From contig OX597814.1 in NCBI GenBank assembly GCA_951406725.2, positions 177,940,001-178,004,000 on the forward strand: DNA of 64,000 nt, in the 5' to 3' direction. This DNA is from Octopus vulgaris. Its lineage: Eukaryota. How positions within the stretch are numbered: the stretch's first letter is position 1; each line of letters opens with the position of its first letter. Below are positions 28,043 through 40,670 of the stretch, piece by piece. Made by a program: the position numbers and the translations under genes. A model generated the notes under the pieces. The model was not told where the DNA came from. It did no database searches and saw only the letters and a list, made by a program, of their open reading frames with translations.

Positions 28043-28118
<76 letters not shown>

Positions 28119-28122
28119 TCAT

Positions 28123-28525
28123 ACTCTTTTACCCTCTTACTTGCTTCGGAAATTTTAACTGCGGCTATGCTGGAGCACCACCTCTAGTCGAGCAAATCGA
28201 CCTCAGGACTTATTCTTTGAAAGCCTAGTATTTAATCTTTCGGTCTCTTTGCCGAAAGGCTAAGTTACGGGGACTTAAACACACCAGCATCGGTTGTCAA
28301 GCGATGTTGGTGGGACAAACACAGACACACAAACATACACACACACAAACACATACACACACATACAGACACACATACATATATATACGGCGGACTTCTT
28401 TCAGTTTTCGTCTACCTAATCCGCTCACAAGGATTTGGTCGGCTCGAAGCTATAGTAGAAGACACTTGCCCACGCAGTGGAGCTGAACCAGGAACAACGT
28501 GGTTTGTAAGCAAGCTACTTACAGC
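28123..28525 (-). mobile_element. SINE family A copy
   Basis: Reverse complement of the 45092 copy, including the tail ctcttttac...gctggagcacc and an internal (CA)n. Confidence 0.92.
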
Positions 28526-29042
28526 ATCGTTTAGTATTTAATGTCTATGACTATTAGGAGTTGTCACTCACGCTGTAAATTCCTTCTATGGCTAATTCTC
28601 TGTTCGCTTCACTGAATGGTAATAATATATGCAGTGTATGTTAACAATAATTAAAAGAATAGAGAATATGGAGAATTGTACATTCTCAAAGTGAATATAC
28701 TTTTATTTTACAAACTCATAGAGCATATTTTTATGGTTATGAGGACCTACACATGTTTTCCCTGCACATAGTATGGGCAGTTGTGTATGTCTTTTTCTTA
28801 GCGATTCAGGTATTTCTCTGGCTGTGGTATTTATTCTGGGTAACAGAAAGGAGAGGTTGCTTAAGAATCGGCAGTAAAATTAAAGGGCATAAATTTTGAG
28901 GATGTAGTAGTCTAACGTTACACTATTGTCTCTAATGTTACACTTATTGTCATATGTATATATATAAATATGTATATCCTGCCACTGGCTATGTTTCTGC
29001 TTGTCTATCTATCTATCTATCTACCCATCTATCCATCCATCC

Positions 29043-29088
<46 letters not shown>

Positions 29089-29949
29089 ATATCTATCTAT
29101 CTACCTACCTACCTACTTACCTATCTATCTATCTGTCTGTCTGTCTGTATATCTATCTATATATTTGTCTGCCCATCTATCTATCTATCTACATGAAACA
29201 CACACAAACACAGTCACACACGCACAAAAAAAAAAACACACACACAGACGCTCATGCACACATGTTTATATTTCTATTCGCAATTATTGAAATGTAGAGT
29301 CGATTGTTACAAATTTCCAACAGGCAAATCACTGATCCATTGGTTTACATTTCCAACACCGAAAGTAATACACGTTATAGATGGTGTCTTTATCTATAAA
29401 AGGTGTAAGCGATCGACGAACATTAATATTGTATTTGTGTAGATTTTCATGTATTGATTTGTTTATTTATTGTAAATTAGTATTTACTATATTCTGTAGA
29501 TTATTTTATCTAGACCTTCGTTTGTGAAGAAGAATCTAAATGCTTTTCTAAGAAGGGAATTTATCACTCATATTTACTGTCTCAATGTATGTGCAAATGT
29601 GTATTTTTCTGTTTGACAAAGATGGCTGTGATGTATTTCTTATTCTGGATTTGAACTATGCTTAGAAGAGGATTTTTGTATTGACAGAAATTTTTAATTG
29701 TCTTGTTCTGTTCATCTTTAATTTCTCAATGGATATTCAAAGACATTAGTAAACTAGATAGAACAAAGCAATCACAATTACAGCGTTATAAAACACCAGC
29801 CATTGCACCTATTAAAATAAACAATGCAACCATTATATATATATTACATGAATCGCATGCAAATTAATTATAGCATAGATGAGCACATTATAAACAGACC
29901 CTCATAAAACAGAACATTAAATGCACCATAACAATCAATAATCTAACTC

Positions 29950-30400
29950 TAATAATATACTACGAAACAATAAAATAACATTAAAAGCCTGCTCATCAAT
30001 AGGAAACTACAAACCTGTGAGCCCACAAACAAGCGAACAATCAAATAATGATCAATGTAATTTACAAATTTGATTGCAAACATGAAATTTATAAACTTCA
30101 CGGTTCCAACATTTATATTGGCCATAAAATCTTGACATTCGCCTACAGGCTCACCGTGCACTCAAGAGAAAGGCCAGTTGCATCGTATTGCATTTCGCAG
30201 TACAAAAGTAAAATGAATGGGTAAGCATGAATAAGGAACGTATGTATCGTTTACAGATTTCTTGCACAAACATAGCCGAGAAACGTTCGGAAGAAAGCAA
30301 AATATGGAAATATACACATAAAATGGCACTAATCATGAAAATATAAATCCTCCCACACTAAATTTAAAATTCGGCTATTATCATTCATAGCAATCGGATT
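29950..30400 (+). mobile_element. Decayed Penelope-like element GIY-YIG endonuclease domain
   Basis: From 30051: INVIYKFDCKHEIYKLHGSNIYIGHKILTFAYRLTVH (VIY...YIG...RLxxH), later ALI...PTLN. In-frame stops follow. Confidence 0.75.
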
Positions 30401-30666
30401 AAACCTGCCTATTATCAAAGGTAAGAACGGAAACAAAGTGAACCAGAATTATTTTTCAATCTTGTAAAAATCGGATGATCCAAATACTGTTCGTTTTCGA
30501 ATGGTAAATTAATCATACAGCCTCATGTACGTAAGAATACGTATATATTCTAATGGGTCTGGAATACAGAAACCTGTATAAACAATATTATTTAAGAACG
30601 TGAAACGAGTTTAACAAAGTGATTTAAAGTAATTATCATGTATGTGTGTGTGTACATACACACACT

Positions 30667-30716
<50 letters not shown>

Positions 30717-31458
30717 CACGCTGACACACACACACACGCGCACATACACATATATATATTTATATATATACACACGAGTAAATGTAAGTATAAGCAAGTT
30801 AGGCAAGTCGATATGCAAGAAGTATTCAATACATTTAATACACAGAGGGTTCTAATCAAAAAATGAGTAATTACAAACACGCTCCAGCTGCTGGCCCCCA
30901 GACATGCTTTTTCTCTAATCTGTGACTCTTCTATCGTACTGTTATCCCCATTTTTTGGGACCTGGCTGTCTCGTCCCACCCTCCCATATTCCTATCTCTA
31001 GTCATTCTTGGCGCCTCTCTACTCCTCGGCCCTACATTAATCAGTCCTCTGGGATCTCCTCCATGTACATGTCTTTTTGTGCACGTATTGCTCTGCAGCA
31101 GCTTAAACTGAGTAATAATGGTATCAAACTAGATTTACACTATGATAAAACACATTAATAGCATATCAATAGCACACCACACCAGCACAGATAAAATGAT
31201 CACATTAATATCTTACCCACTCTCTCGGTTAAGAAATCAGTAAAAGTGCTGATATGAATTTTACGCTTTCAACAGGATCTTCATCAACACCACCATAATA
31301 ATGTTCTAACTATTACCTGACTATAATACTTACACTGCATTTGCAGTATTATTAACTCACACTATTATCATAACCACTTCCAACACCACTAGCATAACCA
31401 ACTAAACTACTAATGCCTTATCTCATTAGTATCAGTCTACCATTCATAGCTTCTGTGT

Positions 31459-31715
31459 AGGTGCGTCGCGTAGTGGTTAGGATGTCAGTATCATGATCGT
31501 AAGATTGTGGTTTCGATTCCTGGACCGGGCGACGCGTTGTGTTCTTGAGCAAAACACTTCCTTTCACGTTGCTCCAGTTCACTCAGCTGGCAAAAATGAG
31601 CAACGCTGGGATGGACTGGTGTCCCGTCCAGCTGGGGAACTCATACGCCATAGAAACCGGGAAACCAGGCCCATGAGCCTGACTAGGCTTTAAAAGGGCG
31701 CACTTATTATTTTTT
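31459..31715 (+). mobile_element. tRNA-derived SINE family C (CORE-like centre)
   Basis: A-box-like cgtagtggttagg, B-box-like ggtttcgattcc, CORE-like tgtgttcttgagcaaaacactt...cactcagctg. Ends in a T-rich tail. Confidence 0.8.
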
Positions 31716-31974
31716 ATTCATAGCTTCCAGGATATTATTATAATATCTTCATATTCGAATCAACATTGTTGGTGTCGTGTGTATCTCATTATGGCAACCA
31801 CCGCAATAATTGTGTTACATACCACAGCATCGGCACTCCAGCAGCACACCATCCCCAATAAATCATCACCGCCATCATTACAAACTACTCAAAGACTAAA
31901 AGAAAGAAACAAACACAAAGCACTCAGACATGCCCGCAACCACCGTCACTATCATAACCATCACTAGTACCAAT

Positions 31975-32375
31975 ACGCTTTGACAATAAGAGCTACTACT
32001 ACAGCTACTACTACTGCCACCATCACCACCACCACCACCACCACCACAACCGTGACCGCCACCTCCACCGCCACCGCCCCTCCCCCTCCCCTCCCACTAC
32101 TACTACTACTACTACAATCACTTCCACAACGATTCCTATCTTCAAGACCGTCACACCTAAATACTTCAACCGTCTTTCCAGCATAAGTAACCCTGAATCA
32201 CTATCGCCATCACCATCGATTTCACAACCACAACCACATCCACGACCACTGCCACCAATACCACCTCTACAAAAGGCCCAAACATCATTTTAATGAAAAA
32301 CAAAACAACGAGCATTTTAACCATCAACTCTAAAACCACCACCATTTGAACAATAACAACGACCAGCACCATAGG
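31975..32375. repeat. Low-complexity (ACC/ACT)n trinucleotide tract
   Basis: Runs of accacc and actact visible directly. Confidence 0.85.
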
Positions 32376-32823
32376 TTCATCTTCACATCACTTGTACGAC
32401 AAACTGGAACACCGACAACAGCTCTCTCCCCCCTTCACCCACCACTGCCATTCGTATAAGGTATTATCGCGTAGTACCAAATAAGGTATTATCGCGTATG
32501 GGAAGATATGCTATTAATATAACATCATTAGCTTCACAAATCATTCGCAAACATGCTCTTTATAGCCTCAGGACACTACAGGGAGTTTTACACTAGATTC
32601 TAGAAATGTGTTGGTATTTATACCGCTGCACTCTACACAACAACCGTGATTACTATGGAGCAGTAAATATTGTCGGAATTACTCTCTAGCTGTCTTCATT
32701 TTTAGCTGCTGATTATTAGTAAAAAGGTCGTGGATGCTACAACAGCGTTGTTGATGTCGCTGATTTTTAATGACGAAGTCGACGACGATGCTGATTATGA
32801 TGACGATTTCTATTGGGTTGTAA

Positions 32824-33057
32824 AGGCGGCGAGCTGGCAGAGACGTTAGCACGCTGGGCGAAGTGCTTCGCGGTATTTCGCCCGTCTCTACGTTCTGAAT
32901 TCAAATTCCGCCGAGGTCGACTTTGCCTTTCATCCTCTCGGGATCGATAAATTAGGTACCAGTTACGCATTGTGGTCGATGTAATCGATTTAATCCGTTT
33001 GTCTGTCCTTGTTTGTGCCCTCTATGTTTAGCCCCTTGTGGGTAATAAAGAAACAGA
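32824..33057 (+). mobile_element. tRNA-derived SINE family B (Meta-domain-like centre)
   Basis: aggcggcgagctggcaga head, gaattcaaattcc B-box, centre gtcgactttgcctttcatcc...gataaatt..gtaccag, tail ccccttgtgggtaataaagaaa. Confidence 0.92.
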
Positions 33058-33061
33058 TTAC

Positions 33062-33300
33062 TATTGGGTTGTCCGGAAAGTTCGTGCCGGTTTAGAGTAA
33101 CTGACATTTCGACTTATTTTAGAACATGGATGAATCCATGAAATAGGATTTGTCTACACCTCCATTTAGAGCATAGTTTAAGCTATCTTTTCGTGGAAGA
33201 AGGTTTATGTTCATATAACCCGTGTTAATTCTGCACCCCTTTAAAATGGAAGATAAGAAAGTTCATTTTCGGCACTTGACAAAAATTGCTGCAGCTCGGC
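33062..33300 (+). mobile_element. Second, 3'-truncated copy of the deleted mariner derivative
   Basis: tattgggttgtccggaaagttcgtgccg TIR plus ~230 bp matching 20471-20720, including atggaagataagaaa and acaaaaattgctgcagctcg. Confidence 0.9.
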
Positions 33301-34179
33301 ACTTCCTAAGTTTCCTCGAAAATGTGAACGTTTTGCATGCGAAAAAAGGCTACACACAACGTTCGTTCTTTCTTACTTTCTTTCCTTCATTCTTTCCCTC
33401 GGCCTTTACCTCCTTTCTTTCTTTTCTGCTTTCTTTCCTTCTGTCACTCATTCTTTCTTTCATTCTTCCTTCCTTCCTTCCTTCCTTCCTTCCTTCCTTC
33501 CTTCCTTCCTACCTACCCCTCTCTCTCTCTCTCTCTTTTCCACCTTTTCAGCTATTAATCCTACTTCAATTGCGTATAGAGAGTTTTTCTTCTGTTCGGC
33601 CATATTATGCAATATCAATGAATGATTTATTTACTGCTTCGTAAACACACACACACACACACACACACACGCGCGCAGACACACAAACTCATGTAAATGC
33701 ATATATGTGCATGCATCCATGTGTATGTAGTGGTGTATATTAGTAATACTATTAACATACTAGTTGCTAAATGTGGTAACTATTGCTCTACACTTTCGTA
33801 TCGTTATCATAACGGTAAGAGACAGCCAAAATAATACTATGTTATATAACGACGTATGAAGATCTGGTATTATCCGGATGTGAAATCTTTTAAATGACAG
33901 CCTCCAAGAAGTTTCGATTTTATCATTACCAGCAATTTTATTTTTCATTTGCTGAGTGTTTGTCATAGAATTCTAAAACTGCAGACACCAAGAGAGGACA
34001 TGACATTTCAATTATTTCTGAGTTGTTTTCAACTTTGCGTAGATTCACTTCAAATTTAGGTTTTGGAAATATTTTATTTGCCTTGCGTAATCAGTTTCGT
34101 TTGTTGCAAATCGAAAATACATTTCGAAGTCGGGATGTTCCGATTTCAATCCTATAGTTCGGCAGCTCGTAAACCCTTT

Positions 34180-34940
34180 TTTTCTTCTTACGTGGCATCA
34201 GGGTGCGCAACACATGGAAAGGCTGCTTTTGCATCTTCTTCAGATTTTAAGTTTTTTCTTTGAAAAACGTTCTTTAATGCCCGGGAAACGTGATTGTCAG
34301 TTGGTGCAAGGTCTGGTGAATATGGTGGATGACAGAGTATTTCCAAGTTCAGTTTCTGTAATTTGAGTAGCGTTTTTGTACAACATGTTATACAACCGCT
34401 GTAGTTGACAGCGCTGCACCACCAAACATACACCATTAGCTTTTTTTTCTTTTTGGTGAATATTCTGTTTTGGATTGTGTTTTGATACTTCGTCTCTCTC
34501 CAACCACGGTGCGGAACGCTTGCTATTGTTGAAAAGAATCTATTTTTCACCACACGTAACATTACGATGCAAAAGTGGTTCGCATTTATGTCGTGACAGC
34601 AAATAACAGCAAGTTTCAAAACGTTTAGTTTGAGTGGTACCCACTTATCCAGCTTTTTCACTTTTCCGATTTGTTTCAAGTGGTCCAATATAGTTGGATT
34701 CGAAACAACAAACATTGCTGCTATCTCACGCGTAGTTTGAGATGTATCCGCTTCCACTACAGTCTCCAGTTCATCATTATCCACCCTCGTCTCAGGGTTA
34801 CCACGGGGCTGACTTTCAAGAGTAAAGTCACCAGACTGGAACTTCTCAAACCATCGACGTAGGGCGCTCATTCGACACATCTTCACCAAACACCTCATTG
34901 ATATTTCGAGCTGTCTGTGATGAATTGTTTCCACGACGGG
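34180..34940 (-). mobile_element. Mariner transposase pseudogene
   Basis: ORF 34188-34991 contains RRWFEKFQSGDFTLESQPRG, TTREIA, GKVKKLDKWVPLKL (WVPHEL motif) and HPPYSPDLAPTD. The middle is frameshifted or deleted; no clear TIRs. Confidence 0.92.
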
Positions 34941-35647
34941 ACTAATATTCGTAAACAACACGAATTTATTTTTATCAATCCATGGGTTCACACGAAGTGA
35001 TTTACAAAAGATAACTCACAATATAATCAGACATATTCTCCATGCAAAAACTGTCGTTTGAGGCTACGTGAAAATTTTTCAGCGCTTTTTTTTTAAACGG
35101 TAAAGTTTGTATATTCTGTCTTTGTAAATAATAGTCATACGGAATTGAAGTGGTCAATCATTTCTTTTGCTGATGAATAATTAAAGAACACGATAACATA
35201 AGCTACTGACTGTGTTTAGTTGCTGTACGCCTCTTGTTTTATCATTATATTCTGGTGGGTCTCTTGTGAATAGGTACTAATTACGTGTAGCTAACATTTG
35301 ACGTTCTGTTTTAACTGATTGTCCAAACTTGTATTTCACATTGGATTATTTTGTCCATTCTTTCAAACGGCCGCGTATTGGAAGAATCACCATATTTTTA
35401 CTTGATCTTTATCTATTTTGAATTTCGCCTTAATTTTATCATCTATTGGCTTTCCTTAATTTCGGTTCTGTTCTTTTTCTATTTCCTTAGTCTCATTCCG
35501 ATTTTTTCTGTATTTCACTTCTTCATTACACAGGTTTCACCTATATCTAAACAACAGTGACATTGCGAGATTTAGATAAAATTTTGTCAGAGTCACATAC
35601 AGTTAATAAGCAATCAGATTGATACACATATCCTCTTATTAATTTAT

Positions 35648-35731
35648 TTATTCTTGTAAGCCTGGTGCTTAACCTATCGATCTCTTTTGCCGAACCAGGA
35701 AGCTACGGGGACGTAAACACACCAACATCGC
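35648..35731 (-). mobile_element. SINE family A internal fragment
   Basis: ctcttttgccgaacc...acggggacgtaaacacaccaacatcg matches family A. Confidence 0.75.
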
Positions 35732-35819
35732 TTAATGGATTCTTTGATCACTTCAGAATAAGATTTATTCAACACGTTTGCTGTGAAAAAGTTTATTTTA
35801 TTAATTAAACACAACAGAA

Positions 35820-36000
35820 TGGTGGTGGATGTAATTGTTAACGCATCTGAAAAAAAATGTTTAGGCTTTTACGTCATTATTTCAAAGTAATCGGAGCAGA
35901 CTGTGCCTTTCTACAGTCACAGATCGATAAAACAGAGTACCAGTCATGAACTGTCTTCGATTCGATCGACTATCTCTCCTTCATTCAAATTTATGACAAT
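35820..36000 (+). mobile_element. Old SINE family B remnant
   Basis: gactgtgcctttc...gatcgataaaacagagtaccag...tcgactat resembles the family B centre. Confidence 0.5.
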
Positions 36001-36070
36001 AAGAGTACAGTACTTTAGTGATATATTTGCTTCTTTTAGGTTAAGTGATGAAATGTAATTGTTTATATAA

Positions 36071-36395
36071 AGGCACATAGCTTAGTGATTAGAGCGTCGG
36101 ACTCACTATCATGAGGTAGTAAGTTCAATTTTCGGACCGGGCTGTGTGTTGTGCTCTTGAGCAAGATAAATTATTTCATATTGCTACAGTTCACTCAGCT
36201 GTAGAAATGAGTTGCGACGTCACAGGTGCCTAGCTGTATCAGCCTTTGCATTTCCCTTGAACAACATTTGTGGCGTGGAGAAGAGCGGCTGGTACGCACT
36301 GGCGACGGTGACTGCTAGTCTTCCATAAACAACTTTGCCCAGACTTGTGCCTCGGTGGGGAACTTTATAGGTGCAATCCCATGGTCATTCATGGG
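36071..36395 (+). mobile_element. SINE family C variant (same head as 31459, different tail)
   Basis: gcttagtgattagag...ggaccgggc...ttgtgctcttgagcaag...agttcactcagctg is shared with 31459; the sequences diverge after aaatgag. Confidence 0.8.
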
Positions 36396-36488
36396 ATTCA
36401 TTCTCTCTCTCTTTCTATCTATTTATACATGAAAGCTTGAATGAGAGAAAAATAACTGTATTTAACTGCACGTAGGTGTAATCGCTGA

Positions 36489-36531
<43 letters not shown>

Positions 36532-37257
36532 CACTTCTCACTCATTTTTTGCTTTTTCTATCCTGTACCTTATTCCTCTATCTTCCCATTATATGTTAAG
36601 TAATATCGTAACTTCATCTTTATTTGTAGTTTTTTTGAGATATTATAGTCATGTAACTTCCTGTAAACCTTCCTACACTCACAACCATTTAGCTTGTTAG
36701 CTTATCTTTAACCTTAATTGCACTTGTCAGTTTATCTTTGTTTTGTACCATTAAACTCCAAATCTACGTTTTTGGTATTCTCCTTAGTTTACCTTTCTCA
36801 TTTGGAGTTTTGCACCTTTTCACTTGCTTCTTCATATCTCTTGCTTCCTAAGTGTATCACTCACTCTCAGATAAAAGGCCAGAAGGAAGAAATTCAGAAA
36901 ATAGTACTCATTATAGTCTCCACTTCTTACGTTAAATACTCTTATCAATATTCCGAACTGAAGTTTGCGAACGTAAACTAACAGCATTCCTAATATTTAC
37001 ACTACTTAAATATATTAATACACATTAATTTTGTAGTGTCATCAAGGTATAAATGCTTGGTTATCAATCAATAATATAGCCAAAATCTTCCAATGTTTCA
37101 AGTAGCTTAACGTATAAAAATGTTTTCAGTTCCTATGAAAGCAGATTTATCATTGTTCAGAGAATTTAAATTTATTGCCATATTAAAGCAATGTATTGCA
37201 AGTGCAATAATCTTTTAAGAATTGATGGCCTCCCATAATTACCGGTCATCTGCCAAA

Positions 37258-37258
<1 letters not shown>

Positions 37259-37295
<37 letters not shown>

Positions 37296-37545
37296 CATTG
37301 CCTTTGCACAGCTTCTAACGCTGGAGATGTACTATAGTGTCAGCTGTTCGCTACCAGTGAACTAAGGTAACACTTCTTATTTTTCGAGCACCTTGCGGAG
37401 TATTCGAGAGGTTCGAAGCAGTGCTGTTTTCTGTAAGTGCTCCACTCTTATTGTGCCCCTATTTGTTCCATGTACTTCTCGAGATTTTTGCTCACTGTCC
37501 CCAGGGCTCCGACAATTATTGGTACTACTGCTACCTTTTTCATCG
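37259..37545 (-). mobile_element. 3' end of an R4/Dong-like LINE with (TAA)n tail
   Basis: Minus strand VAVVPIIVGALGTVSKNLEKY...IRVEHLQKTALLRTSRILRKVLEK*, then a short UTR and (TAA)n. Confidence 0.85.
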
Positions 37546-37599
37546 CCCAAAACGGCTGAAGTTCCCAAGCTAACCTGTCATATCTCTCAACTTTTCTTT

Positions 37600-38475
37600 C
37601 TTCCTTATCGCAGGGAACCTCGAAGGGATCAACTAGCTGGGATTTTCCGGATGACTTTCGGGCCAGGGCCTATGAATAACTTTCAGAAATCCCTAGCCTG
37701 GCAGTGCTACCGGGGAATTCTGTCGCTTCGAGACAAGCTCTACAGACACGGATGTGTTGTCAGAGGTGTGAGCAGGGCTTTGAAACCATCCTACACGCAC
37801 TCGACCAGTGTTCGTGCATTACTGACTTGTGAAACTTCGTCAAACAAACGTTATCATATGTAGGACGGATCCTGTTTTCATCCGAGTACATTGTGAGCAT
37901 CTCCCCATTGACTTCTTTTGTATGGAAATGCAATTTTCCTTTGTAAAGTGGTAATGTAGTGGACGATACTGAAATGACAGACACATACGTCTTCGGCTGA
38001 GCCATCATGGTTTTTTTTTTTAAGTTCCACTTGAACAGGAAAGTGAGGGTGGAGAGGGAAGTATTGCACTCCGCCATCAGTAATTTTGTTGAAAGGTGGG
38101 TGAATACTGCGAAAATGGCTCATGTGAATGGGTCAACTCTGAATATACGTCTGTAAGCCGGAGCAGTTGAGGGATAGAGGGAGGGATATGTGGGGAGCCC
38201 TTGGCAGTCGGAGTGACCAGGATGTATGGGGTGCCCTGATTGGCACAGGGTGGTACTACTCCCTATTGGGGAATTTTGTTAGATTTTTTTTGTTAACTGT
38301 TTTTTTTTTTTTTTGTTAGACGTTTTCCGTTTTAAACCACACTTGTCCCTTGTTTTCTATTGTATCTATATGTTTCTGTGTTCGGTCATTGTGGCCAATA
38401 AAGAAAGGATTATTATTATTATTATTAATATTATTATTATTATTATTATTATCATTATTATTATCATTATTATTA
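37600..38475 (+). mobile_element. 3' end of an L1/Tx1-like LINE (zinc-finger C-terminus, 3' UTR, AATAAA, (ATT)n)
   Basis: KSLAWQCYRGILSLRDKLYRHG, then RCEQGFETILHALDQC after a frameshift (zf-RVT / CCHC region). AATAAA at ~38397 is followed by (ATT)n. Confidence 0.8.
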
Positions 38476-38530
38476 TGTATGGTGTGAGACTTTCTGATAT
38501 ATATATATATATTATTATAATTATGTATTA

Positions 38531-38746
38531 AAGGCGACGAGGTGGCAGAATCTGGTCGAAATGCTTAGCGATATTTCGCCCGTCGCTACGTTCTGAGTTC
38601 AAATTCTGCCGAGGTCGACTTTGGATTTCAACCTTTCGGGGTCGATAAATGAAGTACAAGTGAAACACTGGGGTCGGTGTATATTTAACTTGCCCCTTCT
38701 CACGAAATTTCAGGCCTTGTGCCTTCAGTAGAAACGATTATTATTC
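38531..38746 (+). mobile_element. SINE family B copy
   Basis: aaggcgacgaggtggcagaa...gttctgagttcaaattctgccgaggtcgact...ggccttgtgcct tail. Confidence 0.9.
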
Positions 38747-39060
38747 TTGTGTATTGTCTGAAACTTTCTGATATACGATGTAGATGACTGTTCAACAACG
38801 TCCTTTCCTGACTAGATAGAATTAGTAACAACAGCCAAATAAAAGAGTTTACTAATAAATTAATGCAAAGCATATTAAAAACAAAACAATATACACTTAA
38901 TGAACTTTGTGTGATTGAATGGATACCGTTCTGGACATTCTTTGTATCTTTTATATCCAATTATAAATCTGCAGAAAGGAATATGAAGCTCATCGGACTA
39001 TGAACTCCCAGTTTGCCATAGGATCACGTCCAATGTTCCTTCTTCGACTGTATATCAATA

Positions 39061-39491
39061 CAGTGATCCCTCGCTACTTCGCGGTTTAACTATCGCGGAT
39101 TCACAACTTCGCGGATTTGTAAAAAATATATTCATGAACGCTTAAAATTTTTCATTAAATCCATTAAAATATTAATGATAAATATTATTTCCTAGTGTAG
39201 AAACAAGAAAACAAGCGTAAAATAGCAAAAATGTATATACAGGGGTATTTTAAATTAAGACGGGCTGCGATTGGTGCAATGGAGAGAGACGACGAATCAC
39301 AGATTTCTATTTTGTAATTTGGCCTGTGTAACAGTAATAATCTTTAATTTTTAAAAATCTAAAAAGTATTATTGCTTAACAGTTGTCTTTGTTATTAATA
39401 GACTACTGTAACGGGTGGGTTAGTAACAGTACATGGAGGGTTTTAAAAGTCCGAATACACTTTAAATAAATACTGTAAATATGGTGTCCCT
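39061..39491 (+). mobile_element. pogo/Tigger-type MITE, one terminus preserved
   Basis: TA followed by CAGTGATCCCTCGCTACTTCGCGG with repeated (t)tcgcggatt subterminal motifs. The matching right TIR is not seen. Confidence 0.55.
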
Positions 39492-40591
39492 ATATATATT
39501 TATAGTATTGTTGCGAACGAATTTTTGGTTGTTGATCACGTTATTAATTAGTTTGCATTGAAGGTATGTTTAACAATTAATCAGGAGTTTTGGCCAGGAT
39601 TCAGGTGGCATCTCACCCGAAAGACATAATGCCTTAAATCTTCAGACATATGAATTGTGCTTTATGTTATCTTGGTCACAACCCTGCGATTCTGAGTTCA
39701 AGCGTATGCAACAAAGGCATTACTTCTAAGTTCAGTAAATAAAGTACATTGTAGCGCAGAAATCAATATAATTAATTTTCATGAATTTTTCAAAATGCAC
39801 CCTCCACCACTAAAAAAAAAAAATCAATGAATTGTTGTATGGAAAAAATCAAATTATGTTTAATATCTGTAGACAAAATATGTTGTCTTTGTCTCCGAAA
39901 TTCATTGAAGTGATTTGTACAGATTATATTGGAAACATGATGATGCTTGTGTGATTAATATTCGATTAATTCAGGAAAATATGAAGAATGAAAGTATAAG
40001 ACTTAACGGATATTAAAAAAATTACTTTTTATTTATTTTGTTAATTTCATATTAGTATTAGTTCATTTGTGGCGTGAAATGGCCTGAACTTAAATGTTAA
40101 AAAATACATTGTTTTATAAAAAAAACAGTGTAATAAAGATGAAATATGGTAGTTTTAATTGAGTGAACAAAAAAGAGAGAGAGAGAAAGAGAGAGGGAGA
40201 GAGAAAGTGGTGGGGAATGTGTAAATAAAGACAGAACTGCAGTTAATAATGACAGGAAAAGCTCGACGAAGCAGATTCAGAAAGAAAAAAAAGAGAATAC
40301 AAACAGAATATAGAGTGTAGGAGACATAGAGAAATATTTATGTCACTGAATATATGTGAAAAGGCAAGTTCTGTGGTGTCTGGCTGATTTCTTGTAAATT
40401 AAGTGACTAGTTATACTTGACTTGAACAATGAAAAAGAGAAATTTAGAAATAAAGTAACAAAATTAGTACGGCAGATATATAATGCAGGATAGAGATAGG
40501 AATAAAAAAAGTTCATGATGTAAATTGTTAAAGAACAATATGATAATTCAATAAAATAAAACGCTATGTCAGTCTATATCTTTCTGTTCCT

Positions 40592-40670
40592 GACCTTGGG
40601 CAAGTGTCTGCTATAACAATGTCAGGTCAACCGAAGCCTTGTGAGTGGAATTGGCTAGACGAAAACTGTA
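40592..40670 (+). mobile_element. SINE family A internal fragment
   Basis: gaccttgggcaagtgtct...aagccttgtgagtggaattggctagacgaaaactg matches family A. Confidence 0.75.

Noticed and set aside
31261-31292. Minus-strand TTGATGA-agatcctgtt-GAAAGCGTA
   Set aside because: Helix II is mostly wobble pairs and there is no helix I; could be chance.
32456-32498. 18-bp direct repeat ataaggtattatcgcgta (similar short duplications at ~1751 and ~28911)
   Set aside because: Only two units, consistent with ordinary slippage; not a CRISPR-like array.
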